Source of the DNA: the human T2T-CHM13v2.0 reference genome, Homo sapiens
Strand: one strand, 5' to 3'
Assembly (NCBI RefSeq): GCF_009914755.1
Contig: NC_060927.1
DNA: 64,000 nt
Below, in pieces: positions 30,171 to 43,505 of this stretch. Both the position numbers and the translations under genes were made by a program. Within the stretch, counting starts at the first letter, position 1; the number at the start of each line of letters is the position of its first letter. Under the pieces are notes generated by a model that worked only from the letters and a program-made list of their open reading frames with translations, was not told where the DNA came from and did not search any database.

Positions 30171-31349
30171 TATTCTAGATCTCTAAAACACAATTCAGAA
30201 CACACATTTAGAATATGGCAAAAGTCAATACGTTTTGTTAATCTCAATATTAATGTCATTATATGTCCTTCTACAAAGTGGGAGAAACATAAGGGAGATT
30301 AAGGCTTTGTACTTGGTCTCAACCAACATTGTACACTAGATACTTTCCCTGGCGAAGCCGAAAACGGCCACGTGTTCATTAATAGACTCAGTCATGGTAT
30401 CATGGTATAGGATTCACACAGACTATGCCCCTTGCTTTGTCCAGGTAAGCTGTTAATTCTTAGTAATTCATGTTTCTTATTATAGCTTCAACACTGCTTA
30501 TTTCAATATATAATTTCAAGCCCAACATTTTTATTCCACTTCCATTTGGATCATTCCTAGCCTTTTTCTCTCTGGCATTCCCCACTTCCCACCTTGCATT
30601 TCTTCTTTGATGTGTTACATAGCTTTTCTTCTTGGGGTATATACCAACCTCATACACAAAAGTAAATCTTAAGCTCAGAAAAAAAGTGATAAACTATACA
30701 TCCTCAAAAAGTAGTGACCATTAACCAGGGCAGGTTGAGACTCCAGGGAGAAGACTTTGAGGTGGGATTTGCCATGCAAGAGGTTTATTAAGGAGTATGC
30801 TTGGGATCAACATTTGTGAATGGGATGGAAATGATAGACTGTTCCTACTGCCTCTGGTAGTTCCTACAAAACTTTTCTGTTTAGGCAAAAGGTGCCTGGG
30901 CAGTATACATATTCAGGCTTACAAAAGCATGCTAAAGTGAAAAGTGGATTTTTTAGGAAGTAACTTTATCCAGGAAATATTTTATTTTTCTTCCTCATTC
31001 CTCATGATATATATGTAAAAATTATATACATTCTCTTTTAAAGGAAGAAGGGAAAAATTAGAGTCAACGCATTTTACCAGTGAATTAATAGTTACTATAG
31101 TTTGGACTTAGAGTTTCTGATAATTTTGTATTTATAAAATGAGATAATAGATGTCAAAAATGAAATAAATTATAGGAAGGTCTCATATACAAGTAAGCTT
31201 TCTTTGTAGTAATAATAAAAATCAAAGAATCCATTCTATTTTAAAAGGTAACCCTCAGAAGCTTTCTTTGACAAGCTTCAACTCACCTTGATTTTTATTT
31301 TCCTATATCTAAGACTAAATCAGTTGATTTTTCTTTTTTTATTTGTTCC

Positions 31350-31508
31350 TTTTTAAGAATTTAATTGACAGATAAAGATTGAATACATCAAAGGTGCACA
31401 ACATGATGATTTGATATAAGTACACATTGTAATGATTATCACAGTCAAATCAATGAACACATCCATCACCACCCATGCTGTACATTAGATCCCTAAGCCT
31501 TGTTCATA
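31350..31508 (-). mobile_element. L1MA-like 3' end fragment
   Basis: aaggtgcacaacatgatgatttgatata..catgctgtacattagatccc. Confidence 0.7.
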
Positions 31509-31511
31509 TAT

Positions 31512-34500
31512 ATTTTTTAAAATTTTAAGTTATGGGATACACATCCAGAATCTAATTGTTCAACTCCCACTTGTAAGTGAGAAAATGTGGTGTTTCGTTT
31601 TCTGTTCCTGTGTTAGTTTGCTGAGAATGATGGTTCCAGCTTCATCCATATCCCTGCAAAGGACATGAACTCATTCTTTTTTATGGCTGCATAGTATTCC
31701 ATGGTGTATATGTGCCACATTTTCTTTATCCAGTCTATCATTGTTGGGCATTGGGGTTGGTTCTAAGTCTTTGCTATTGTAAATAGTGCTGTAATAAACA
31801 TACGTGTGCATGTGTCTTTATAGCAGAATGATTTATAATCCTTTGGGTATATACCCAGTAATGGGATTGCTGGGTCAAATGGTATTTCTGGTTCTAGATC
31901 CTTGAAGAATCACCAATCTTCCACAATGGTTGAACTAATTTACACTCCCACCAACAGTGTAAAATTGTTCCTATTTCTCCACATCCTCTCCAGCATTTAT
32001 TGTTTCCTGACTTTTTAATGATTGCCATTCTAACTGGCATGAGATGGTATCTTATTGTGGTTTTGATTTGCATTCCTCTGATGGCCAGTGATGATGAGAT
32101 TTTTTCATATGTTTGTCGGCCACATAAACATCTTCTTTTGAGGACTGTCTGTTCATATCCTTCGCCCGCTTTCTGATGGGGTTGTTTTTTTTCTTGAAAA
32201 TTTGTTTAAGTTCCTTGTAGATTCTGGATACTAACCCTCTGTCAGATGGATAGATTGCAAAAATTTTCTCCCATTCTCTAGGGTGCCTGTTGACTCTGAT
32301 GATAATTTATTTTGCTGAGTACAAGCTCTTTAGTTTAATTAGATCCCATTTGTCAATTTTGGCTTTTCTTACAATTGCTTTTGGTGTTTTAGTCATGAAG
32401 ACTTTGCCCATGCCTAAGTCCTGAATGGTTTTGCGTAGATTTTCTGCTAGGGCTTTTATGGTTTTAGGTCTTAGGTTTAAGTCTTTAATCCATCTCAATT
32501 TAATTTTTGTGTAAGTTGCAAAGAAGGGATCCAGTTTCAGTTTTCTGCATATGGCTAGCCAGTTTTCCCATCACCATATATTAAGTAGGGAATCCTTTCC
32601 CCTTTGCATGTTTTTGTCAGGTTTGTCAAAGGTCAGATGTTATTTCTGAGGCCTCTGTTCTGTTCCATTGGTCTATACGTCTGTTTTGGTACCAGTACCA
32701 TAATCTTTTGGTTACTGTAGCCTTGTGGTATACTTTGAAGTCAGGTAGCCTGATGCCTCCAGCTTTGTTCTTTTTGCTTAGAATTGTCTTGGCTAGATGG
32801 GCTCTTTTTTGGTTCCATATGAAATTTAAAGTAGTTTTTTCTAACTCTGTGAAGAAAGTCAATGGTAGCTTGATGTGAATAGCATTGAATCTGTAAAATA
32901 CTTAGGGCAGTTTGGCTGTTTTCATGATACTGATACTTCCTATCCATGAGCATGGAATATTCTTCCATTTGTTTGTGTCCTCTCTTATTTCTTTGAGCAG
33001 TGGTTTGTAGTTCTCCTTAAAGAGGCCCTTCATGTCCCTTGTAAATTGTATTCCTAGGTATTTTATTCTCTTTGTAGCAATTGTGAATGGGAGTTCACTC
33101 ATAATTTGGCTCTCTGTTTGTCTATTATTGCTGTATAGGAATGTTTGTGATTTTTCCACATTGATTTTGTATCCTGAGACTTTGCTGAAGTTGCTTATCA
33201 GCTTAAGGAGATTTTGGGTTTAGACGATGGGGTTTTCTAAATATACAATCATGTCATCTGCAGAGATGATTTAATTTCCTCTCTACCTATTTGAATACCC
33301 TTTATTTCTTTCTCTTGCCTTATTGTCCTGGCCAGAACTTCCAATACTGTGTTGAATAGGAGTGGTGAGAGAGTGCATCCTTCTCTTGTGCTGGTTTTCA
33401 AAGGGAATGCTTCCAGCTTTTGCCCATTCAGTATGATATTGGCTATGGGTTTATCATAAATAGCTCTTATTATTTTGGGATATGTTCCAACAATACCTAG
33501 TTTATCAAGTGTTTTTAGCATGAAGGGTGTTGAATTTCACTGAAGGCCTTTTCTGCATCTATTGAGATAATCATGTGGTTTTTGTCATTGGTTCTGTTTA
33601 TGTGATGGATTACGTTTATTGATTTGCATATGTTGAACCAGCCTTGCATCCCAAGGGTGAAGCTGACTTGATCATGGTGAATAAGGTTTATAATGTGCTG
33701 CTGGATGTGGTTTGCCAGTATTTTATTGAGGATTTTTGCATTGAACTGGAATTTTGCATATTCCAATATTCATTGGGAATATTGGCCTGATATTTTCTTT
33801 TTGTTGTTGTGTCTCTGCCAGGTTTTGGTATCAGGATGATGCTGCCCTCATAAAATGAGTTAGGGAGGAGTCCCTCTTTTTCTATTGTTTGGAATAGTTT
33901 CACAAGGAATGATACCAGCTCCTCTTTGTACCTCTGGTAGAATTTGGCTGTGAATCCATCTGGTCCTGGGCTTTTGTTTGTTGGTAGGCTATCAATTACT
34001 GCCTCAATTTAAAAACTTGTTATTTGTCTACTCAGGGATTTGACTTCTTTCTGGTTTAGTCTTGGGATGGTGTATGTGTCCAGGAATTTATCCATTCCAT
34101 CTAGATTTTCTAGTTTATTTTCATAGAGGTGTTCACAGTATTCTCTGACGGTAGTTTGTATTTCTGTGGGATCAGTGGTGATACCCATTTATCGTTTTTT
34201 ATTGTGTCTATTTGATTCCTCTCTCTTTTCTTATTAGTCTGGCTAGTGGTCTATTTTGTTAATTTTTTCTAAAAACCAGCTCCTGGATTCATTGATTTTT
34301 TGAAGGGATTTTTGTGTCTCTATCAGTTCTGCTCTGATCTTAGTTATTTCTTGTCTTCTGCTAGCTTCTGAATTTCCTCTTGCTTCTCTAGTTCTCTTCA
34401 TTATAATATTAGGGTGTTGATTTTAGATCTTTCCCACTTTCTGATGTGGGCATTTAGTGCTATAAATTTCCTTCTAAACACTGCATTTACCTGTGTCCCA

Positions 34501-37500
34501 GAGACTCTGGTACATTGTGTCTTTCTTCTCATTGGTTTCAAAAAACTTATTTATTTCTGCCTGAATTTCATTACTCAGTAGTCTTTCAGGAGCAGGTTGT
34601 TCAGTTTCCATGTAGTTGTGTGGTTTTGAGTGAGTTTCTTAATGCTGAGTTCTAATTTGATTGCACTGTCATTTGAGAGATTCTTTGTCATGATTTCCAT
34701 TCTTTTGCATTTGCTGAGGAGTGTTTTACTTCCAATTACGTGGTCTATTTTAGAATAAGTGCTATGTGGTGCTGAGAAGAATGTATATTCCTGTTGATTT
34801 GAAGTGGAGAGTTCTGTAGATGTCTATTAGGTCTTCTTGGTCCAGAGGTGAGTTCAAGTCCTAAATATCCTTGTTAATTTTCTGTCTCATGAAATGTCTA
34901 ATATTGACAATGGGGTGCTAAAGTCTCCCACCATTATTGTGTGGGAGTCTAAGTCTCTTTGTAGGTCTCTAAGAACTTGCTTTATGAATCTGGGTGCTCC
35001 TGTCTTGGATGTATATATATTTAGGATAGTGAGCTCTTCTTGTTCCATTGATCTCTTTACCATTATGTAATGCCCTTCTTTGTCTGTTTTGATCTTTGTC
35101 TGTTCAAAGTCTGTTTTATCAGAGACTAGGATTGCAACCCCTCTTTTTTTCTTTCCATTTGCTTGGTAACTATTACTCCGTCCCTTTATTTTGAGCCTAT
35201 ATATGTCTTTGCACATGAGATGGATCTCCTGAATACAGCACACCGATGGGTCTTGACTCTTTATCCAATTTGTCAGTCCATGTCTTTTAATTGTGGGCAT
35301 TTAGCCCATTTACATTTAAAGTTAATAAGTTATCTATGAATTTGATCCCATCATCAAGATTCTAGCTGGTTATTTTGCACATTCGTTGATTCAGTTTCTT
35401 CATAGTGTCGTTGATCTTTATATTTTGGTATGTTTTTTCAGTGGCTGGTACTGATTTTTCCTTTCCATATTTAGTGCTTCCTTCAGGAGCTCTTCTAAGG
35501 CTGGCCTGGTGGTGACAAAATCCCTCAGCATTTGCTTGTCTGTAAAGAATTTTATTTCTCCTTCACTTATGAAGCTTAGTTTGCCTGGATAAGAAATGCT
35601 GGGTTGAAAATTCTTTAAGAATGTCAAATATTGGCCCCCACTCTCTTCTGGCTTGTGGGGTTTCTGCAGAGAGGTCCGTTGTTAGTCTGATGGGCTTCCC
35701 TTTGTGGGTAACCTGACCTTTCTCTCTGGCTGCGCTTAACTTTTTTCCTTCATTTCAGCCTTGGTGAATCTGACCATTATATGTGTTGGGGTTGCTCTTG
35801 TCAAGGAGTATCTTAATGGTGTTCTGTGTATTTCCTGAATTTGAATGTTGGCCTGTCTTGCTAGGTTGGGGAAGTTCTCCTGGATAATATCCTGAAGGGT
35901 GTTTTCCAACTTGGTTCCATTCTCTCCATCACTTTCAGGTACACCAATCAATCATAGGTTTGGTCTTTTCACATAGTCCCATACTTCTTGGAGGCTTTGT
36001 TCATTTCTTTTTATTTTTTTTCTCTAATCTTTTCTTCATGCTTTATTTTATTAAGTTGATCTTCAATCCCTGATATCCATTCTTACACTTGATCGATTTG
36101 GCTATTGATACTTGTGTATGCTTCAAGAAGTTCTCATGCTGTGTTTTTCAGCTCCATCAGGTCATTTCTGTTCTTCTCTAAACTGGTTATTCTAGTTAGC
36201 AGTTCCTGAACATTTTATCAAGGTTCTTAGCTTCCTTCCATTGGTTTAGAACAGGCTCCTTTAGCTCAGAGGAGTTTATTATTACCCATCTTCTGAAGCC
36301 ACTTCAGTCCATTCATCAAACTCCTTCTCTGTCCAGTTTTGTGCCTTTGCTGGCGAGGAGTTGCGATCACTTGGATGAGAAGAGGCATTCTGGTTTTTGA
36401 AATTTTCAGCATTTTTGAGCTGGTTTTTCCCCATCTTCATAGATTTATCTACACTTGGTCTTTGATGCTGATGACCTTTGGATAGGGTTTTTGAGTGGGC
36501 ATACTTTTTGTTGATGTTGGTATTACTGCTTTCTGTTTGTTAGTTTTCCTTCTAACAATCAGGCCCCTCTTCTGCAATTCTCCTGGAGTTTGCTGGAGAT
36601 CCACTGCAGACTGTGTTTGCCTGGGTATCACCAGCAGAGGCTGCAGAACAGCAGAGATTGTTGCCTCTTCCTTCCTCTGGAAGCTTCGTCCCAGAGGGGC
36701 ACCCAACAGATGCCAACTGGAGCTCTCCTATGTGAGGTGTCTGTCGACCCCTGCTGGGAGGTGTCTCCCAGTCAGGAGGTATGGGGGTCAGGGCCCACTT
36801 GAGGAGGCAGTCTGTCCCTTAACAGAGCTTGAGCGCTATGCTGGGAGATCCACTGCTCTTTTCCGAAACAGCAGGGAGGAACGTTTAAGCATACTGGAGC
36901 TGTGCCCATAGCTGCCCCTTCCCCCAGGTGCTCTGTTCCCAGGGAGATGGGAGTTTTATCTGTAAGTCCCTGACTGGAGCTGTTGCCTTTCTTTCAGAGA
37001 TGCCCTACCCAGTGAGGAGGAATCTAGAGAGGCAGTCTGGCCACAGCCATTTTGTTGCACAGTCTGAACTTCTCAGTGGCTTCCTTTACACTGTGAGGGG
37101 AAAACTGCCTACTCACGCCTCAGTAATGGTGGACGCCCTTCCCCCACCAAGCTCTAGCATCCCAGGTTGACTTCAGACTGCTGTGCTGGCAGTGAGAATT
37201 TCAAGTCAATGGTTTTAGCTTCCTGGGCTCCATGTGGGTGGGACCCACTGAGCAAGACCACTTGGCTTTGTGGTCAGCACCCTTTCAAGGGGAGTGAATG
37301 CTTCTGTCTTGCTGGGGTTCCAGGCACCACTGGGGTATGAAAAAACAAAACAAAACAAAAAAACTCCTGCAGCTACCTCGGTGTCTGCCTGAACAGCCTC
37401 CCAGTTTTGTGCCTGAAACCCTTGGCCTTGGTGGTGTAGGCACACAAGGGAATCTCCTTGTCTGTGGGTTGCAAAAACTGTGGGAAAGGTATAATGTCTG

Positions 37501-37750
37501 GGCCAGATAGCACAGTCCCTCACGGCTTCCCTTGGCTGGGGTGAGGGAGGTCCCTGGCCCATTGCACTTCCCGGGTGAGGCAACACATCACCCTGCTTCT
37601 GTTTGCCCTCCTTGGGCTGCACCCACTCTCTAACCAGTCCCAGTGAGATGAATCGGATACCTCAGCTGGAAATACAGGAATCACCAGCCTTCTGCATTGG
37701 TCTCACTGGGAGCTGCAGACCAGAGCTCTTCCTATTTGGCCATCTTGCCA
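31512..37750 (-). mobile_element. Near full-length L1PA8-like LINE-1 (about 6.2 kb); ORF1 (about 36434-35418) and ORF2 (about 35350-31640) both disrupted
   Basis: ORF1 fragments (MIGVPESDGENGTKLENTLQDIIQENFPNL; YPGKLSFISEGEIK), endonuclease (WIKSQDPSVCCIQE..GDFSTPLS), RT fragments, 5' UTR ending in the YY1 site ggccatcttg (37738-37747). Confidence 0.95.
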
Positions 37751-39439
37751 GAGATTTTTCTACAACTATTTCTTCTTAAATGACTGAAGCCATTTCCTTG
37801 AGGAAATGTATTTTTCAACAGGTGCAAATTCTATTTTTTGTATCATGTTACTGCCCAATACAATTATCAGCACTTAAAAGTCCAGCATTCAATTTGCTAA
37901 TTGACTATAAGAGTTTGAATTATAGTACTAGATTTTCTTAATCATAAATTATGACTTCATTGTAAGTTGACCAATTCATAAGCTGCATGAAGTTGAGTAG
38001 AACACCAGAACCTCATCTACAAAATTACTGTTCAAATTTATGTAGCTTCCAAAATGCCCAATTAATTCTCAAGATATAATTTATTCCCTGGAAGAATGTA
38101 TCTTATTAAATTTATATTCCTTCAAACTAAAAGATTATTTTAAAATAAGGGACATTGCACACGCAATATCTCTTTGTTCTCCATATGAGATACCCCAGAT
38201 GTGACTGTAATTACCTTAGCAATACTTTTCCACAGTATTTTATAGTTTTTAAAGTAGTTCCACACTTGGTCTACATATAATTCCTGTGAGCTGTCAGACC
38301 CAGTATTATTGACTTTATCTGACAGTGTAAAAAATGGTGACAGAGAAACAAAGTGATTTTTCTAAGGTCATACATTTACAAGATGCTTTTACATCTCTTG
38401 GCTGGCACGTGTTCCAATTCAGTTTCCATTATACCATCCTGCCTTCCTCCCATCAATATTCTTGTGATTTTATATACTCCACATGAGCCTACACACCCAC
38501 ACATAGTTTAGTCCTAGGCTAGTGGAATGCCATTATGTTAAAACTCCCTTTTTTTAATGTCAAGAGACACCATCTGCATTTACTACACATATTTCTTCTA
38601 CGACAGCAGCAATGACCCTGAGGTAAATATGCACTAAAGGATGCCCCATTGATCAGGGTGGTAGAGGCAATGGGAGGGGAAAGAGGAACTCTTCTGCCAG
38701 TTTTAAGGACACTCTTCATTACCTCTTTTCTTCACTCCATTACGTAAACCTCAGGGCTTGAGAAAACAAATCAGCATAGCTCACAATCAGCCAGCATGTT
38801 TATAAATGAGCAAATGGGGAAGGACTCATTGTCCTCCAGAATTTGTAAGGGTGAAAAGCACAGACAAGAATGGAAAAGCAGAGCTCTGCCTGTGTCAAAG
38901 GCTCACATTCTATTAACGACTATGAAAGGAAAAGATCAAAGAAAATCCAACAGAACTTAATTTGAGTTTGCCTCTTGCCGTTCTGACAAACCAATATTTC
39001 TCAATAAAATAAAAAATAGGTAGCAGAACAAGCGTGAAAATTCCATTCTAAAGCCATAGTGGTAAGAACTGTTAAGGCAGCTGTTTTTGACTAAAATTTG
39101 GAGTTACGGCATCTGGGTTCTCTTTACGTGTTACCTTTACTTTAAACTCTTAATTAAAAAAAAGGAAAAAAGACTTCATTGTAAATAGATTTCCATTTAA
39201 ATTATCAGAACTTGTCTGAAGGAGTCTTCATATTGAATGAAGGAACTCACTAATTAAATAAGAAATATGGCAAAGAAACCCAATATGAAGATTTATGTTA
39301 AAAAAAAAAAAGAAGCTAATAGGCGCCCAAAATATAATCAAAATATAATGTTATACTCTTTATTTTGTTTTGTTTTATTTATTTTGAGTGTTTTGGAGAA
39401 TTTTTTCATTACAAAAACATTTTTAATATAGTTGAATGG

Positions 39440-39530
39440 AATAAATTGCTTAAGCTCACTGAATCTCAGTCTCCTCATTCCTATGTACCTCAGTGGGTTT
39501 TCATCACAACTAAGCCAAGGTATGTGAAAG
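39440..39530 (+). mobile_element. MIR split by LTR12
   Basis: aattgcttaagctcactgaatctcagtctcctcat..tatgtgaaag | caccttgtaaa resumes after the LTR. Confidence 0.6.
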
Positions 39531-41219
39531 TGAGAGGTGACAGTGTGCCGGCAGCCCTTGCTCATTCTCGGCGCCTCCTGGGCCTCAGTGCCCACACTGG
39601 CCATGCTTGAGGAGCCCTTCAGCCCATTGCTGCATTGTGGGAGCCCCTCTCTGGGCTGGCCGAGGCTGGAGCCGGCTCCCTCTGCTTGCAGAGAGGTGTG
39701 GAGGGAGAGGTGCGGGCGGGAACCAGGGCTGTGCATGGTGCTTGCAGGCCAGCACGAGTTCTGGGTGGGCATGGGCTCAGAGGGCCCTGCCCTCGGAGCG
39801 GCTGGCCGGCACCACCAGCCCTGGGCAGTGAGGGGCTTAGCGCCTGGGCCAGCAGCTGTGGAGGGTGCACCGGGTTCCCCAGCAGTGCCAGCCCACCTGC
39901 GCTGTGCTCAAATTCTTGCTGGGCCTCAGCTGCCTCCCCCCGGGGCAGGGCTTGGGACCTGCAGCCCACCATGCCTGAGCCTCCCCGCTGCCATGGGCTC
40001 CTGCTCAGCCCAAGCCTCCCTGATGAGCACCACCCCCTGCTCCATGGCACCGGGTCCCATCAACCGCCCAAGGGCTGAGGAGTGCCAGTGCATGACGTGG
40101 GACTGGCGAGCAGCTCCACCCATGGCCCTGGCACAGGATCCACTAGGTGAAGCCAGCTGGGCTCCTGAGTTGGGTGGGGACTTGGAGATCTTTTGTGTCT
40201 AGCTAGAGGATTGTAAATACACCAATCAGCACTCTGTGTCTAGCTCAAGGTTTGTAAATGCACCAATCAGCACTCTGTATCTAGCTAATCTGGTGGGGAC
40301 TTGGAGAACCTTTATGTCTAGCTAAGGGATTGTAAATACACCAATCAGCACTCTGTGTCTAGCTCAAGGTTTGTAAATACACCAATCAGCACTCTGTATC
40401 TAGCTAATCTGGTGGGGACTTGTAGAACCTTTATGTCTAGCTAAGGATTGTAAATACACCAATCAGCAGTCTGTGTCTAGCTCAAGGTGTGTAAACACAC
40501 CAATCAGCACCCTGTGTCTAGCTCAAGGTTTGTAAATGCACCAATTGGTGCTCTGTGTCTAACTAATCTAGTGGGGACTTGGAGAACTTTTGTATCTAGC
40601 TCAGGGATTGTAAATGCACCAATCAGCACCCTTTCAAAACGGACCAATCAGCTATCTGTAAAACAGACCAATCAGCTCTCTGTAAAATGGACCAATCAGC
40701 AGGATGTGGGTGGGGCCAGATAAGGGAATAAAAGCAGGCTGCCCAAGCCAGCAGTGGCAACCCGCTTGGGTCCCCTTCCACACTGTGGAAGCTTTGTTCT
40801 TTCGCTCTTTGCAACAAATCTTGCTGCTCCTCACTCTTTGGGTCCACACTGCCTTCATGAGCTGTAACACTCACTGCCAAGGTCTGCAGTTTCACTCCTG
40901 AGGCCAGCAAGACCACAAACCCACCAGGAGGAATGAACAACTCCGGACAGGAGGAATGAACAACTCCGGATGGGAGGAACGAACAACTCCAGACACACCA
41001 CCTTAAGAGCGGTAACACTCATGGCAAAGGTCTGCAGCTTCACTCCTGAAGCCAGCGAGACCACAAATCCGCCAGAAGAAAGGAACTCTGAACAAGTCTA
41101 AACATCAGAAGGAACAAACTCCGGACACACCATCTTTAAGAACTGTAACACTCACTGCGCGAGTCCGTGGCTTCATTCTGGAAGTCAGTGAGACCAAGAA
41201 CCCACCAATTCTGGACACA
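39531..41219 (+). mobile_element. Solo LTR12 (ERV9; LTR12C/D/E-like), 1689 bp
   Basis: Termini tgagaggtgacag...ccaattctggacaca; 4-bp TSD aaag (39527-39530, 41220-41223); U3 tandem enhancer repeats. Confidence 0.96.
40195..40740 (+). promoter_or_regulatory. ERV9 U3 enhancer/promoter: tandem CCAAT (NF-Y) repeats, GATA site, AATAAAA TATA-like box
   Basis: About 11 CCAAT motifs (mostly ccaatcagc), gataag at 40719, aataaaa at 40727. Confidence 0.75.
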
Positions 41220-42489
41220 AAAGCACCTTGTAAATGAGTTTGCTTTACCTTTTACTCCATTGCCTCCCCAAGAGAAGAGTGTAAATATGTTGGGTGCACA
41301 GTCATACAAACTAAATCAACCATATTCTTTTTTAATAAAATATTTATGATTTGTGTTCCAACAGTGACATATATGATTATTCTGATTTACTTTAATGTTT
41401 TGGGGCAATGAAAAAGGCGTAAATTGTATTTTTTTATTTTAAGATTTTGCAGGCTAGAGTATTTTCCCTCGGTCAAATCCAAGACTCAGAGGAGCCCATC
41501 ATCCTGCCATGTAGAATTAAGCAGGATCACAATCAAAGGTCTATTGATCCATTAGACAGACAGGGCTCTGTAACCAATTCAGGGATTTTTAAACCTCTAT
41601 CAGTACACAATGACTTACATGGGGCGCACAAAACTTGTGGGTAAGATTTTGAACTTTGCCCACAATTTAGATTCAGACAAATACAAATAAATTGATTGGG
41701 GCTTTGGGAGATACAATTAACAAGGCAGCCGCTGAGAGGAACAAAGAAGACCTGAAGGGGAAAATCTCTGCAAGCAAGGAAGAAATCTGACAGAGTACAC
41801 TAGAGTCCACTGAGTTTCTGAGGGAAGTGATTCCAAGCTCAGTGTGAGGGTGTATGTGACCAGTCCTCTTATGTGTGTTCCCTACCACAATGCCTGTGTA
41901 CTCTTGGAAAGGAGAGCCCTGTGGGAGCAGAAGGAGCTGTGTCCTCAGGAGCACAAGCAGTGGTGCTGTGAGACCACCTGCTCATGGAATGGGGCACAAG
42001 ACAAGATTATTTAATTGCTGTATTTTGTTTTTGTTTAGTTTTGGCTAGGAAAAAAAGGGTAAGCATGTAAGCATCATAGACAGATTTTCTCCTGGAAAAA
42101 CTCTGACAGGCAGCTCAGTTTGGCCCACAAGACCACAAAAATCTAGTGAGTTCTCTGTCACAAAACTCACATACTAAAGCCTTATTCTTACAAACACCTA
42201 TGACCCTCCTGGCAAGATGTCAAAAAAGGAAGTAAAGGAGTCTTTTGATAAGAATTTTATGTCAAGACAGGCCTCCTGCCTGGACTCAATTCTAGCTTGA
42301 ATGAAGGTACCTAGATCCTTATGTAGCAAATAAATGTAAATAAGAGGACATGGTCCAGCACTCAGGAACCAGTGTGGAGGGCAGCAGGCTTAAGGCAACA
42401 CCTGTAAATTTTTTCAATACACTTGTAATAAAACCAAGCATGCAACTCATCCAACTTATCCAACTTGTCTCCTGATTGGTTTTATGGAC

Positions 42490-42567
42490 ATGGTAGTTGA
42501 GATATATATGCCTATGGAAGTTATGAGCTAGGAAATATGGACACAAACCTATATGTATATATGTAGT

Positions 42568-42607
<40 letters not shown>

Positions 42608-43505
42608 TACATATACACCACTACCAACGTGTCCACGTTTCCTATCTCATAACTCCCATAGCACTTTTTGCAGTATTTTGTTATAATGTTGAGGCACTTT
42701 AGGCCTCAACAGCAGGCCTCAGAAAACAGAATCTCTCTGCTTCACTTTCTCCTGTCCTCCTTTCACCTGCCCAAAACAGAACTCTAATTAAATTATGTGT
42801 CAAAAGACCCTCATTCCAGAGTGGTCTTCCCCATACTCTGGAGGAAGGAATGCTGTACACACAGGCCGAAAAACATCAAAACAGAGAAGAATTGCTGGGT
42901 TTAGATCATATCAATTTTGTGCAATCATATTTCAACATGGTTGTCAATTATCCCAATGCAATGAAATCTCCATAAAAGACCCAAAGGATAGGGTTAGGAG
43001 AGCTTCTGGATAGCTGAAACTGTGGAGGTTCCTGGAGGGTGGCATGTCCAGGAGGGCATGGGAGCTCCATGCCCCATTCCCCATACTTTGCCTTCCATGT
43101 CTCTTTATCTGTATCCTTTGCAATATCCTTTATAATAAACCTGTAAATGTGTTTCCCTGAGTTCTGTGAGCTGCTCTAGCAACTTAATTGAACCCAAAAG
43201 AAAGGGTTGTGGGAATCTCAACTTGGAGCTGGTCAATGAGAACTTCCAGAGTCCTGGACTTGTGACTGGTGTCTGAAGGGGAGCCAGCTTTGCGGACCGA
43301 GCCCTCAACCTGTGAGATCTGACACTACCTTTAGGTAGACAGTGTTGAAAGACACCCAGATGGTATCCATGGCAGAACTGATTGCTCAATTACTGATGGG
43401 GAAAACTCCCACCTCCCACATTTGGTCATGGAAGCCTTCTGTATGAATGATTGTGTGGTGTGAGAACAGAGAAAGAAAAAGTTTGAGAGTTTTTCCAAAA
43501 GTAGC
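42490..43505 (+). mobile_element. MER21-like LTR with internal (TG)n/(TA)n
   Basis: ttataatgttgaggcactttaggcctc..ccctcattccagag..gagcttctggatagctgaa..tttccctgagttctgtgagctgctctagcaa. Confidence 0.8.

Noticed and set aside
31512-37750. Retrotransposition-competent L1
   Set aside because: ORF1 and ORF2 are broken into many short fragments by stops and frameshifts
40195-40700. CRISPR-like regularly spaced repeats
   Set aside because: These are the ERV9 U3 enhancer tandem subunits; the intervening sequences also repeat and the DNA is eukaryotic
39338-41064. Cluster of overlapping 65-221 aa ORFs and an apparent GC island
   Set aside because: All lie in or overlap the GC-rich LTR12, where stops are scarce; no recognisable protein
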